Assembly: GCF_009914755.1 (NCBI RefSeq)
Contig: NC_060930.1
DNA: 64,000 nucleotides
Source: the human T2T-CHM13v2.0 reference genome, Homo sapiens
Strand: one strand, 5' to 3'
In this document: one piece after another, positions 52,641-64,000 of the stretch
How positions within the stretch are numbered: the first letter of the stretch is position 1
How the letters are laid out: each line of letters starts with the position of its first letter
Notes under the pieces: model-generated
Databases searched by the model: none
Seen by the model: only the letters and a program-made list of their open reading frames with translations
What the model was told of the DNA's origin: nothing
Program-made: the position numbers and the translations under genes

Positions 52641-53049
52641 GCCTCTGACAAGTATTTGCAACATAAGTATGCATATGGATAATGTATCAATACACACGTG
52701 TAATAGATGCCAAACAAATTCTTCAAATAATTGTCACACATTTAAATTTTCAGACATTCACAAAATCAAATGTAAAATATTAAACTGAAAGTTCACAACT
52801 TAAATTTTCAAAAATTAAATCTAATTAAATTTCCAAAGTTGAACTGTTTTCAAAATTAAATTTTAAAATATTCAAAATTCCGAGGTAAATTTCCAGAAAT
52901 AGTTAAAACCTCAAAACTCAAAATTTTTAAATGAAATTTATAAACTTTAAAAGGTGAGTCATTCCTCAGCTGGAATCGCACCCGGGGCCCTTGAATAAAA
53001 TGCTATTTTGATCGCTAGAACACATAGAAACTTCTCTAAAATTGTTCTG

Positions 53050-53417
53050 CAAAATTCCCTAAAAAGCCGGCATCAACCCGCCTTTTAGCGTCTCGACAAG
53101 GCGTTCTATAGGGTAGGTTATATTTGGGGATCTGCCTTTTCTGGTTCTGCCTGTCCTGAGTTGGAGATCTGACCGGGAATCTGAGCCTAACCCAAGTTTC
53201 CCATCCCGCTTCCACGCTCTGAATCAGGCTTCCGACCTGACACACCACTTCCTCCCTCTCCCCTCGGCCTTCCCCTGGACCCGACTGTATTGCCCAATCA
53301 TTTCCTTTCATTTGTCATCACCACCTTGGACCCGCCCCCTCGTCTCAGGCCGTCGCACGCGTTTTGCGTCAGTTGGCAAGGCACTTTACGGCCGTCGTGC
53401 CGCTCGTGTCAGTCAAC
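53050..53417 (+). promoter_or_regulatory. ABT1 CpG-island promoter and 5'UTR
   Basis: CCAAT at ~53295; GC box cccgcccc at ~53331; ETS-like cacttcc; lies directly before the ATG. Confidence 0.7.
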
Positions 53418-53658
53418 ATGGAGGCAGAGGAATCGGAGAAGGCCGCAACGGAGCAAGAGCCGCTGGAAGGGACAGAACAGACACTAGATGCGGAGGAGGA
53501 GCAGGAGGAATCCGAAGAAGCGGCCTGTGGCAGCAAGAAGCGGGTAGTGCCAGGTATTGTGTACCTGGGCCATATCCCGCCGCGCTTCCGGCCCCTGCAC
53601 GTCCGCAACCTTCTCAGCGCCTATGGCGAGGTCGGACGCGTCTTCTTTCAGGCTGAGG
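53418..53658 (+). CDS. ABT1: Activator of basal transcription 1, coding exon 1
   Basis: [13 protein letters not shown]...[10 protein letters not shown] (RRM, Esf2 family); donor G|GTAAGT at 53659. Confidence 0.95.
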
Positions 53659-54348
53659 GTAAGTATGCAGGCCCTGACGGTGACAGGAGGAGGTTGTCGC
53701 TCGCTGGCGGGGTGCAAGCATGCATGTCCTGTTGCTTCGCTGCGCGAGGCTGAGGCACGAGTTGCTGGATTTTGGGGGTGGGGAGTGCGGTGCTTGGCTC
53801 CTGGCTGGTGAATCAGTCTGTGAGGATGCTGGGGTGGGCGGGCGGAGGGGATATGGGGAGAGTGGGTAGCGCAGTGTGTCTGGTGGTTCTTTAGTTCTCG
53901 GATTGTTACTATTTGTGTTCTTATCCCGGCTCTGTTCACCTCTCTTTCCGGACCTGTTTACTGGTTTGTTACATGAATACAACCTGAGTAAAAGTCTCGT
54001 CAGCTTTTCTACAAAACTGAACATAACTCTTTAGCATTGCTGCCTAGGTCAAGAAACTATTTGATCAACCGCCCCTCTTCTTTCCACCCTCAATTTTACA
54101 TTGAGGCTGAGGACTTGTGCCGGTTTTAAGTAGCGTTCAGGGCTGGCCAGATTAAGGAGTGGACAATTAAGGAAAGAATTGAGTTAGCTAGAGGAAAGAG
54201 TGCGATTTACAGTTCCCTTCCTCCTGGGCAAAAACTCTTCAGGTGGGACTCCCACTGGCAGATGTGAAGAACGTTGCGGGCAGTGGGAGGTGCTTTTGAG
54301 TGAGTGCTGCATAGGCGTCCTGGACGGGTCTTTGTCTTTGGCGCGCAG

Positions 54349-54545
54349 ACCGGTTCGTGAGACGCAAGAAGAAGGCAGCAGCAGCTGCCGGAGGAAAAAA
54401 GCGGTCCTACACCAAGGACTACACCGAGGGATGGGTGGAGTTCCGTGACAAGCGCATAGCCAAGCGCGTGGCGGCCAGTCTACACAACACGCCTATGGGT
54501 GCCCGCAGGCGCAGCCCCTTCCGTTATGATCTTTGGAACCTCAAG
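54349..54545 (+). CDS. ABT1: ABT1 coding exon 2
   Basis: Acceptor cag|AC; encodes DRFVRRKKK...YTEGWVEF...DLWNLK; donor AAG|GTGAG. Confidence 0.95.
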
Positions 54546-54699
54546 GTGAGAAGATAGATCTTTCTGCCACACCTCTCACCCTCCCTTCTCCCCAACTCTG
54601 GCCCAAGTATCCCCATGGCCTCTCTTTGGCCTTGTCCCCTTGTCTCATCTTTCTCCCTAATCTGCACTATCCTGATCTTTTCTTCTTTTCTGCCCACAG

Positions 54700-55080
54700 T
54701 ACTTGCACCGTTTCACCTGGTCCCACCTCAGCGAGCACCTCGCCTTTGAGCGCCAGGTGCGCAGGCAGCGCTTGAGAGCGGAGGTTGCTCAAGCCAAGCG
54801 TGAGACCGACTTCTATCTTCAAAGTGTGGAACGGGGACAACGCTTTCTTGCGGCCGATGGGGACCCTGCTCGCCCAGATGGCTCCTGGACATTTGCCCAG
54901 CGTCCTACTGAGCAGGAACTGAGGGCCCGTAAAGCAGCACGGCCAGGGGGACGTGAACGGGCTCGCCTGGCAACTGCCCAGGACAAGGCCCGCTCCAACA
55001 AAGGGCTCCTGGCCAGGATCTTTGGAGCCCCGCCACCCTCAGAGAGCATGGAGGGACCTTCCCTTGTCAGGGACTCCTGA
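54700..55080 (+). CDS. ABT1: ABT1 coding exon 3
   Basis: Pyrimidine tract and cacag|TAC; [10 protein letters not shown]...SLVRDS*; spliced length 241+197+381=819 nt = 272 aa. Confidence 0.95.
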   Translation, partial: YLHRFTWSHLSEHLAFERQVRRQRLRAEVAQAKRETDFYLQSVERGQRFLAADGDPARPDGSWTFAQRPTEQELRARKAARPGGRERARLATAQDKARSNKGLLARIFGAPPPSESMEGPSLVRDS

Positions 55081-56462
55081 GGGCCTGGGTGGCCCCTTCC
55101 ATTTCCTGGCCCTGCTCTGCTTCCTGTCTACCTCATACTAGAATGATCGTGACTACCCGGGCAGACATTTTACTGTGTTTCTCAGACCAAGTGTCTACTG
55201 ATGGCCCAAACATGGAGTTTTGTGGGCTTCCACTGTCCCCACTCCGAACTCCTGTATGTGCCTGGCTGAGTCACCTAATTCATACTGTCATACTAGCATA
55301 ATTATGACTATTGCATATGCTTGTTTTGTTTGACTCTTGGCTGCCTACGTCTGTAGGGTCCCCTGAAAATCCCACTTCCTGCCCCCAGAAAGGGCCTTTA
55401 TTTCCAACTAGGAGGATAATGCCTAGTCCAGGCAATCTTTCTCTGTTTAGCAGTCACAGGTGAGGGTGGTATTAGCATCTTTTTTATGTAGAAAAAATTG
55501 AGTTAATGGGGTGGACTGGGTTGGGAAGAAATACATTTCCTAATGTATTTATAGAAAATAAAAATATTTTTATGTGCCTTTTTATTTTTGTTGGTGGGGA
55601 GGTCATTGGACAAGTTCCAACTTTCATCTTGTGTTCCCTTCACCTTCATATCCTGATCTTAGAGCCCCCCTCCCCCTGCCACCCACCTTACTGTTTAACC
55701 TGGATTTTTTTTTCTATTTAATTTTTGTCTAATATCTTAGCCCAGTTTATCAATCAGTTATCTTAAGTCAGCATTTTCTAAGCCATTGTTTGAGGAAACA
55801 GTGACAATAGGTAATAACACATCTTAGTATTAAGAGTTTTACAGGCCACTAGTATAAGATAGGCATCGTGGTAGATGCATATAAAGGGTGGAATGGGAGC
55901 CATGGCAGGTCATAGAGTCCTCTCAATGGGAACCTGATGGATGATCACAGTCTTCAGTGGTGAGTCAGTCCTCACCAAGTTTTCCAGATCATTCCTACAA
56001 AGTAAACTGGGAGAAGAATAAGTCTGAAAGAGTGTGGAGTGCTCCCACAATTACAAAGAATGCTTCCTGGGTGGAGTGTTGAGTTGGAACCATTGTAAAG
56101 GTGGGCAAAGCCTAGTAGAGAACCAGTGCACCTCAGGTGCACTTACATATGGTGGGGCTGAGGCAAAGCAGCCCTGTAGGCTTCAAAGAATCAGTGTAAG
56201 CCACTAAAAGGAACTGAAAACCTAGGTGTCACAATAAACAGTCTACACAGTCTCACGTAGACCAAAATTCTGATCATTTTCCAGGCTGTTGCATGAAGTG
56301 ATAGAGTATGATTATAATTTCTGTTTGCTTGTGCTGTTTGTTTTTGTTTTTCATCTGTCAATGTGATGATCTGTGTTTTATAGGGTAGAGTGGATTTGTC
56401 TACTTTGGCTGCAAAATACCCTAATCACATTATGATCTTGACAGGTGCACTTTACTGGGGAG

Positions 56463-56468
56463 AATAAA
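56463..56468 (+). promoter_or_regulatory. Candidate ABT1 polyA signal (others at 55557, 56233 and ATTAAA at 57150)
   Basis: AATAAA hexamers in the 3'UTR. Confidence 0.5.
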
Positions 56469-57548
56469 AAGGACCATACGGTAAAGCTGGTATAACATTT
56501 CTCACAACCCACATACCTCTTATACTTGGCACACAAACTACGTTTCCATTTAGAAACTTTCGTCTTGTTTCTGTTTTTAATTCTTGTGGGTTTGTTTCAT
56601 GTGAATTGTTTCCTCAGATCATTGATGTCTTAAAGTGAAACAGAAAAATCCAGAATCAGAATTTGACAGGCTGGCATATTCATTTATTCAGAATTCCAAG
56701 TGCCCATTGCTACTTCTGCTAGATAAAGAGATACCAAGGTGAAGAAGAAACTTTCCCTCTAGTTGCTAACAGCTTAGAAAGTACAGTAGACATACTGGGG
56801 TTTTATTTAAGACTTTCTTGAATGAAGAAATAAATTGCATTCCCACGGTGGACAGCGTTAGATAACAGTATGTTCAAGGGCTGGTATTTCAGGGTCCATC
56901 TCCAAAACAGTTCTGTACAAAGAGCTCACACCTGCGGCCAGGCAAGCTAAGTAAGTCACAGGTGGAGTGAGGAATGAGAATAAATGGGTGGAAGAAAATA
57001 TCCTAGGAACTTTCATCTTGACTTTAAGCCCATTGAGTGTAGGAAAATAATTTTTTACATCCACAATTTTGTTTCTATTTAAACAGCACTTGTTTTTTTA
57101 TATGAAGTAACTCATTTAATCCACAACTATATAATATTGTTATCCCCCCATTAAAACTGAGCTCAGAGAGATGACTCAATTTGCCTCTTAATATTTTATC
57201 CTTTGTTCCTCACCTTTTCCCCAGCTTTTCCCAGTGTGCATATGGTGAATGCTTATTACAGGAAATTCATGAGAAATGCACATGTTATAGACTAGAGAAT
57301 GAAGTGTACCTGCCAATATGAGTGGATTTATTTTATCTAGCACCAAGAGTAGCAAACTGAGTAATAATTCTCAGTCATGATCCTGTGGTTGTAGTGTATA
57401 CTCTGATTCAACTTAGTTTCACTCCTGACTGAGAAGCTGGGACTCTGCATTTGATGGCAATGGAGTGGGCTGATTTCTTTCCAAATAAGTTGAGGTGGGA
57501 CTCCTGGTAGAGTAAGAGGGCTTTAATAGGGTATGTCTGGGTGCCTAA

Positions 57549-57692
<144 letters not shown>

Positions 57693-57921
57693 TAAAAATG
57701 TTCAAAAGTCGTATTTACAGCTACTCTCAAATTCCTTTTTTTTTGTGATTCCTTATAAAACCTTTCTCCCTGCATTTATCTTGTTATATTACAGTAGAAT
57801 TATGAGGGGAAAATCCTTTGGTGGAAGTCTAGGGACATGCTCAGTTCCCAGGAGGCTTAATGTGAATTTTAGTGAATTGCTTAAGATCCAGTATTAGATC
57901 TGCTGGTCCCTGCCCACCCCC

Positions 57922-58211
57922 CTTTTATTTTTTGAGACATGGTCTCACTTTGTCACCCAGGCTGGAGTGTAGTGGCATGATCCTGTCTCACTGTAGCCTC
58001 CATCTTCTGGGCTCAAGCAATCCTCCCACCTCAGTTTCCTGAGTAGCTGGGACCGCAGGCATGCACCATCACGCCCAGCTAATTTTTAAAATATTTTTTG
58101 TAGAGATGAGGTCTCACTGTGTTGCCCAGGCTGCTCTCGAACTCCCGTTCTCAAGCGATCCACCCACCTTGGCCTCCCAAAGTGCTGAGATTACAGCCAC
58201 GGTGCTCGGCT
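57922..58211 (-). mobile_element. AluJ-like
   Basis: Antisense dimer. Confidence 0.9.
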
Positions 58212-58259
58212 CCCATCTTGAAATCAATACCTGACAGAATATTAAAGAAAATGAAAATT

Positions 58260-58500
58260 GGCCGGGTGTGGTGGCTGACGCCTGTAATCCCAACACTTTG
58301 GGAGGCCAAGCCTAGTGGATCACTTGAGGTCAGGAGTTCGAGACCAGCCTGGGCAACACGGTGAAACCCTGTCTCTACTAAAAATACAAAAATTAGCCGG
58401 GTGTAATGGCGGGCCCCTGTAATCCCAGCTACGCAAGAGGCTGAGGCAGGAGAATCGCTGCTTGAACCCGGGAGGCGGAGGTTGCAGTGAGCCGAGATTG
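58260..58500 (+). mobile_element. 3'-truncated, tail-less Alu
   Basis: Ends at gagccgagattg; flanked by gaaaatgaaaa(a)tt. Confidence 0.88.
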
Positions 58501-59471
58501 AAAATGAAAAATTTTCTATCTTCTGTTACCAGGGCCCTTGAAACCACACTTTTTTCGCACCCCTTGTTAACTGGAGACACGAAGGCGGGCGGAGGGGAGA
58601 GGCCATCGGAAACCTGGCAATGTCTTTTGCAGCTGCATGGTGTGTGCCCAGCCACCTTCAGCAGTTATTGTGGCCAGTCTGTGGCTGACCTGGGCTATCA
58701 GGGTTAGCGCACTCCAGTGAGCTCCCCCAGCACATTGCCTGCAAATGAATTCAGAGAACTTCTTTTTGTTTTTCACCTTTGCCTCCAATTCCATTGTGTC
58801 AATTATCATTGATTATTTAATCAGGACTTTATGGTTGGACGTGCAGCTTCTTCTAATCTTTTTTTCTTTTAAGTGTTTAAAAGAATAATGCTGACATGAG
58901 TCAATTTTAGTTGTACAAATACAGCTATTGTGTAAAAATTGTCAGAAGCGGAATTGCAGAGTCTAAGAGAGACCATCTTTGGTATTTATTTTGTTAGCAA
59001 GAAAAAAATTGAGAGTCTGATAATTTAGGAAAATACCAGTCACAGGAAAATACCAGTCACAGGAATACAGGTGGAAACCTAGCTAGAGGTCTCCACCCCT
59101 TTTATTCGTGCTCTATTGTGACGTCCAAAGCCTGACCCAAGGAACTGATTCAGGTAGAGGCGACGCCAGCTCAGTGTAGGGGGCAAGCTCTGCAAGACCT
59201 TGGCCAAGTGACTTCTGCTGCTTTTTGCTGTGGGGACTCTACTGGATGGACCAGCACATGAGAGAGATGGAGTTTGGAAACAAAACAAGTGGTTCAGAAA
59301 CATGGGATTGCTTTCATATCTACTGGCATTTAGAAGGAGCTTGGTAAATTTAATCAAGAAACAAGGAAATGAAAATACCCAAGGAACACCAGGGGAAGAA
59401 TAATGGTTGGATTTTCATTTAATTTGCCAGACACAATCCCTGAAGTAAGAAAATACCGTTTCTCACGAAAT

Positions 59472-59545
59472 TCCGGCACCCGAGGCTCAAACGGCCAACC
59501 CTACGGTTAACAGCCGAACGCGCTAACCAATTGTGCCACAGAAAT
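59472..59545 (-). pseudogene. tRNA-Asn(GTT) pseudogene
   Basis: Minus strand ATTTCTGTGGCACAATTGGTTAGCGCGTTCGGCTGTTAACCGTAGGGTTGGCCGTTTGAGCC; T-loop mutated and 3' acceptor strand lost. Confidence 0.85.
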
Positions 59546-59709
59546 GAATGTGGTGGAATATCTCCATTCCAACAAGGTTATTTTACTTTTTTTCAGTCTA
59601 AACAATACATTAGAAAGGAGGCTGCTTCTCCGTGTATTGGAAAAATGTTTTCCCTTTTTTTGACTCTCATTGTTGCTATGTTAATGTGTTTTAAAAACGG
59701 AGGTTTATA

Positions 59710-60151
<442 letters not shown>

Positions 60152-60769
60152 TCAATAAGGAAGTTTTCACTGATAGTTCAGTTGAGAGAGAAACCACTGG
60201 AAGGCTGTTGCATAGAAGGAAATATATTAAATGAGAAAGACACCAGCAAGAGCAGAGGGGAAAACCATTTAATGGAAAATCTGATACAAATATTAAGGGA
60301 AAGTAAGGGGCCAAACACCAGGACATGAAACCAGAAACTCCTATACATTAGTGCTTGTCCACCAAACTGCGAGCCTGAAATTGCGATCATACTTTATATT
60401 TGTGTTTTAAAGAGTAAGTTGGTGACAGATTTTATTTCTTTTCTGCCTGTCTTCCTGCTTCCTCTTTTTCTTTCTGCCTTCCTCTCATTCTCCAGTATGT
60501 ATACCTTCTAATCATTTTCTTCTGGGTTTTATTCTGAATATTAGGATTTTCTAAATTTGTTCCTGTTTTTCTCATTTTCTTAAGCATATGTGGGTTGACC
60601 TTTGAAGTACGATGATGGGTAGGGGGTGGGTGGATGTTGTGATATTCACTACCCTATTTGTCTTTCTAGTCCTTTCAGTGACATTTAAGCCCAAGAGTCA
60701 GGTTACATTAGGATGATGTCCTCAACTTGAACTGTTGACTCTTGGATGTCCTCTATTCGTTTAGTCTCC

Positions 60770-61025
60770 CAACTAACAGTTATTGAGTGTCTGCTAAAAG
60801 CTAGGCACAGTTCTAGGCATTCGGATACATCAACAGTACACAGCAGAGACTAGGGTGGATTTTTCAAGCTGGGGAGAAACACATAATAAACACAAATAAG
60901 TAATTGTATCTATTTGAAGGTAATAAGTTCTATGGAGCAAAGAAAAAGTCAAGCAGGGTAAGGGGACCAGGGAGTGGGAGGTATGTGGTTTGCAATATTA
61001 AACAGGCAAGTTAGGGTGGCCTCTT
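60770..61025 (+). mobile_element. L2 fragment
   Basis: ttattgagtgtctgct...aggcacagttctaggcattcggatac...gataagttctatgga-like motifs. Confidence 0.7.
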
Positions 61026-61329
61026 TGTTTATGATATTTTGGAATGGCTTATTGGAGTTTTGATATATCCATCTTTGTCTTTAAAAGATGTCTCTCTGAG
61101 AACCTAGGCTGAAACAGACAAAAGAAACTGGATAGATCTTTCAACAGCAATTATGGGGAGTTTTGAGAGGAGGTGCTCCCTGGGATTGGATGAAGATACC
61201 AGTTAGGAAGGATGTAAATGTCTATTATTTAGGAATAGACAAACCTCATAATCTATTTTACGACCAAGAATTCTGTATTTGCCATTTTCAGAGATTTGGG
61301 TTGGTGGCTCAATGTAGAATGCCCTTTTC

Positions 61330-63450
61330 TACGGATCACTATATTCCATGTTGGACTTCTGGTTGGCTTGTTTAGTTTTTTCTTTGGAATTCAGTGCTAC
61401 CACACAGACGTGTGCAAACACACCCACACACACACCATTAAACAAACAAAGGCCAGTGGGTCTCTTGGCTAAGGATTCTATGGTGCATATGCAAGAAATG
61501 CTACTGATAAGGAATGTTATATCAAGTTTCTCAAGAGTGGATAAAGCTGACCAATCTAGCTGCTATACTTGGAGAGGATAATATGGATGGTGTAAATTAG
61601 AATTGTATATAAGCAATAAGTTAGAATATGGACAGTCTTTTTTTCCCCCCCCTTTTTTTTTTTTAAAGAAAATGGACATTCTTTCATGATTCATCAAAAG
61701 AATCATTGGAGAAACTGATTTATCATGTGACCTCAAGTGTTTCTTGGAAACCTTTTGGAGGAAAAAGAAATTAAACATGCTGAACTGGCTGAAAAAAATA
61801 TAGAAGAAGCACTTTCAGATCATATTAAATATATACAAACTGGAAAGAATCTATGCACACAGAAAACACCCAATTTGAAGTGACTTTTAAAGTCTTCAGC
61901 AGAGTTAGCGGCATGACAACAGAAAGAAATGAAAGTCTGGACAATGTTTGCTCCACTTAATATGGAGAAAAAAAATGTCCCAAAATAGATGATGATCTGA
62001 GCCATGCACATGAAAGTTGCATTTCTACAGAAAATGGGCCAAACGTCTTACAGAAAATCCTGAAAGTGCTATTTGTTCTTCACAATGCCAGATGAGTTCC
62101 CATGAGGAAAAATTATGATAACTGGAGGTCATCGAATCTGCTTGCTGAGAAAAACTTAGTTACATAAGAAAATAAAATGAGCCAGGCATTGTGGCTCATG
62201 CCTTTAATCCCAGCACTTGGGGAGGCCAAGGTGGGAGGATTGCTTGAAGCCGGAGTTCAGAACCATCCTGGCCAACATAGTGAGACCTCATCTCTATTTT
62301 TTAAAAAATTAAAAATTTGTTGTATGCATTTTATATTTATTTTATATTTTATATATAAAGGAACATAAAATGCATACAACCAACAAAGTATATTGAAGCC
62401 AAGATCACATGCAGCTTTTGGGAAGAGGATCCACATGCTCCTGTTCTAACAGGGCCACTTTGGAAAGGCCCAGGACAATATGTTTCCCTGGAATATCAGA
62501 TCACTAAGGAAGGTTAAGCTAGGTGGGCTCAGAAATCTAGAATCCATAGTTGTCCTGTGAGGACCTGAAGAAACTTAGGATAAAAGACAAATGATTTCCC
62601 TAGAACGATTCCATTCTGATCCAGATCTTGCTCCAAAAAGCCTTTTGACTTTGATAGACTTGCTGAATCTGAAGACTTCAGAAGTTTCAGTACACCTTAA
62701 ATGGAAATAAAGTCCAATAGAAATACTACAAAGATGTACCTGATGAGAACAAGTGACTTGTCTCCCCCACCTGAAAGTGGAACGGCTGGCTCAAGCATAG
62801 TTCTGCCATCTCACAGTCAGAGTCCCAAACATTCTCATGAACTCCAGGGGCATTTCATGTTCCAAAGACTTCTGTTTGCTCGCCCTTCTTTGGAGAGTAT
62901 ATATGGATGTTCCCCAAGTGCTTGTTCTCCTAAGTGATTTCCAGGACCTAACACACTCTCCATTTACAATGCCAAGTTATTCTCTCCTAATTGCTGTATT
63001 CCTCCCCTCCCATTTGAAAACCCTGAAGGTAGATGTGACCCGCACTTAGGGTTAGCTGAGCTTTCAAATAAAACTCAATCCAAAGATCCAAAACCATAGT
63101 GAGGAATTCTTTGGTCCCTTGTGTCAACTAATTCTGAATTATCTCTTATTCAATGCAAATAATGTTAGTTAAGTAGTTATAAAATTGGATCAAATGGAAG
63201 CCTGATAGAATTTTAAATCTTAGTGCTTCCATTATATCCTAGAAGAGATAGTATAAGTATAGTAATTGTTATTATCTGGTCTTCTATAACAAAAACTTCA
63301 GTGGAAGTCTGACATGAGCAGTTTAGCATTTGGAGAAATTTGGAAGTGCAAAGGTCATATTTCTATGTCATAAATTGTGTTTATTATAATTCTTAGACAA
63401 ATGTCAAAATAACTTGTTTACTAATACAATTTAATTTTTTTTAAAAAATC
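61330..63450 (+). pseudogene. Highly decayed processed pseudogene of cTAGE5/MIA2 (CTAGE family)
   Basis: Collinear peptide blocks across frames (FFLW, LNKQ, DKECYIKFL, AAILGED, KESLEKLI, DHIKYIQT, SHEEK..DNW, DPHA, LEYQIT, FPGP, PEGR..GL..SN) match cTAGE5 as recalled; no introns; many stops and frameshifts. Confidence 0.8.
62179..62315 (+). mobile_element. Alu monomer (FLAM-like) inside the CTAGE pseudogene
   Basis: Left arm only. Confidence 0.85.
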
Positions 63451-64000
63451 ATCTGTATATTGCCAAAATTAGCATGATAATTTGGGATATGGGAAGAAAC
63501 ATTGAGGACCATGGGGTAAAGCAATGTGTTGCTGGTTTTAGGGTTGTGTGAGGGAATAAGCAGTATATATTTGCATGAGCACTACATATTCCAGTAACTG
63601 AGGCAGATCTAGAGTCCAGGTTTTCTGAAGTTCAGATTTGGATCTTAAGCGCAGGGAAAAAGGAATTTTATAAGAAATTTTTAATCATTTCTTAATTTCT
63701 ATTCAATTTACTTTGCAACAAACATGTAAAGGTATAAGTTTACCTCTGCAATAAGGTCTGGAAATAACACTTTTAAAACTTCTTGCAGTGGGGTAACTTG
63801 TAGTAGGAAAACTCACATAAACACACAAATTCAATATAAAAATGATGCCAGTTGTCATATGTGCCAGTTATCACACGATTGTGTCCCAGCCCTGAATCCA
63901 CCCTCAAGTACTGGGCTTTGAGATGTGGGGCTTGGGCTCTGCAAAACATATTTCTCTTTTGCTTGCGGTTCCCTGTTAGATTCTGACACTAGAGGGCCCC

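Noticed and set aside
52207-52741. 85-154 aa ORFs in the upstream CpG block
   Set aside because: Expected in GC-rich, stop-poor sequence; no recognisable domain.
53364-53753. 129-aa ORF taken as the full ABT1 exon 1, or an N-terminal non-AUG extension
   Set aside because: It starts at a TTG and reads through the donor at 53659. The ATG at 53418 gives the expected 272 aa, and nothing supports upstream initiation.
61030-61330. Possible 5' extension of the CTAGE retrocopy or an ERV gag fragment
   Set aside because: I could not align it by eye to either, so it is left unassigned.
62701-62937. 78-aa ORF as a novel micropeptide
   Set aside because: It is a surviving frame of the CTAGE pseudogene between stops; there is no sign of its own promoter.

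Overview
Human (primate) genomic DNA recognisable as the distal part of the chr6p22 histone/tRNA gene region. It holds the single coding exon of HMGN4 (1600-1872), nine intact tRNA genes (Ala-CGC, Ile-AAT, Pro-AGG, Lys-CTT, Ala-AGC and four intron-containing Tyr-GTA), two tRNA pseudogenes (Lys-TTT, Asn-GTT) and the complete three-exon ABT1 gene (272 aa). The background is about 49 Alus plus old L1, L2, MIR, ERV1/MaLR LTRs and DNA transposon relics. Most ORF-track entries are Alu or low-complexity artefacts. I found no novel multi-gene system. The best observations are: (i) a heavily decayed, intronless cTAGE5/MIA2-like retrocopy at about 61330-63450 that the ORF track misses; (ii) HMGN4 as a retrocopy inserted into an old antisense L1 that appears to supply its splice acceptor and polyA signal; (iii) a local duplication of a tRNA-Tyr gene with its flanks; (iv) several unusual insertion or rearrangement structures, including LTRs inside Alus, a three-armed MADE1, a tail-less Alu and an inverted target duplication. 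Repeat subfamily names and parent protein sequences are recalled from memory and need database confirmation. Repeat boundaries are approximate.
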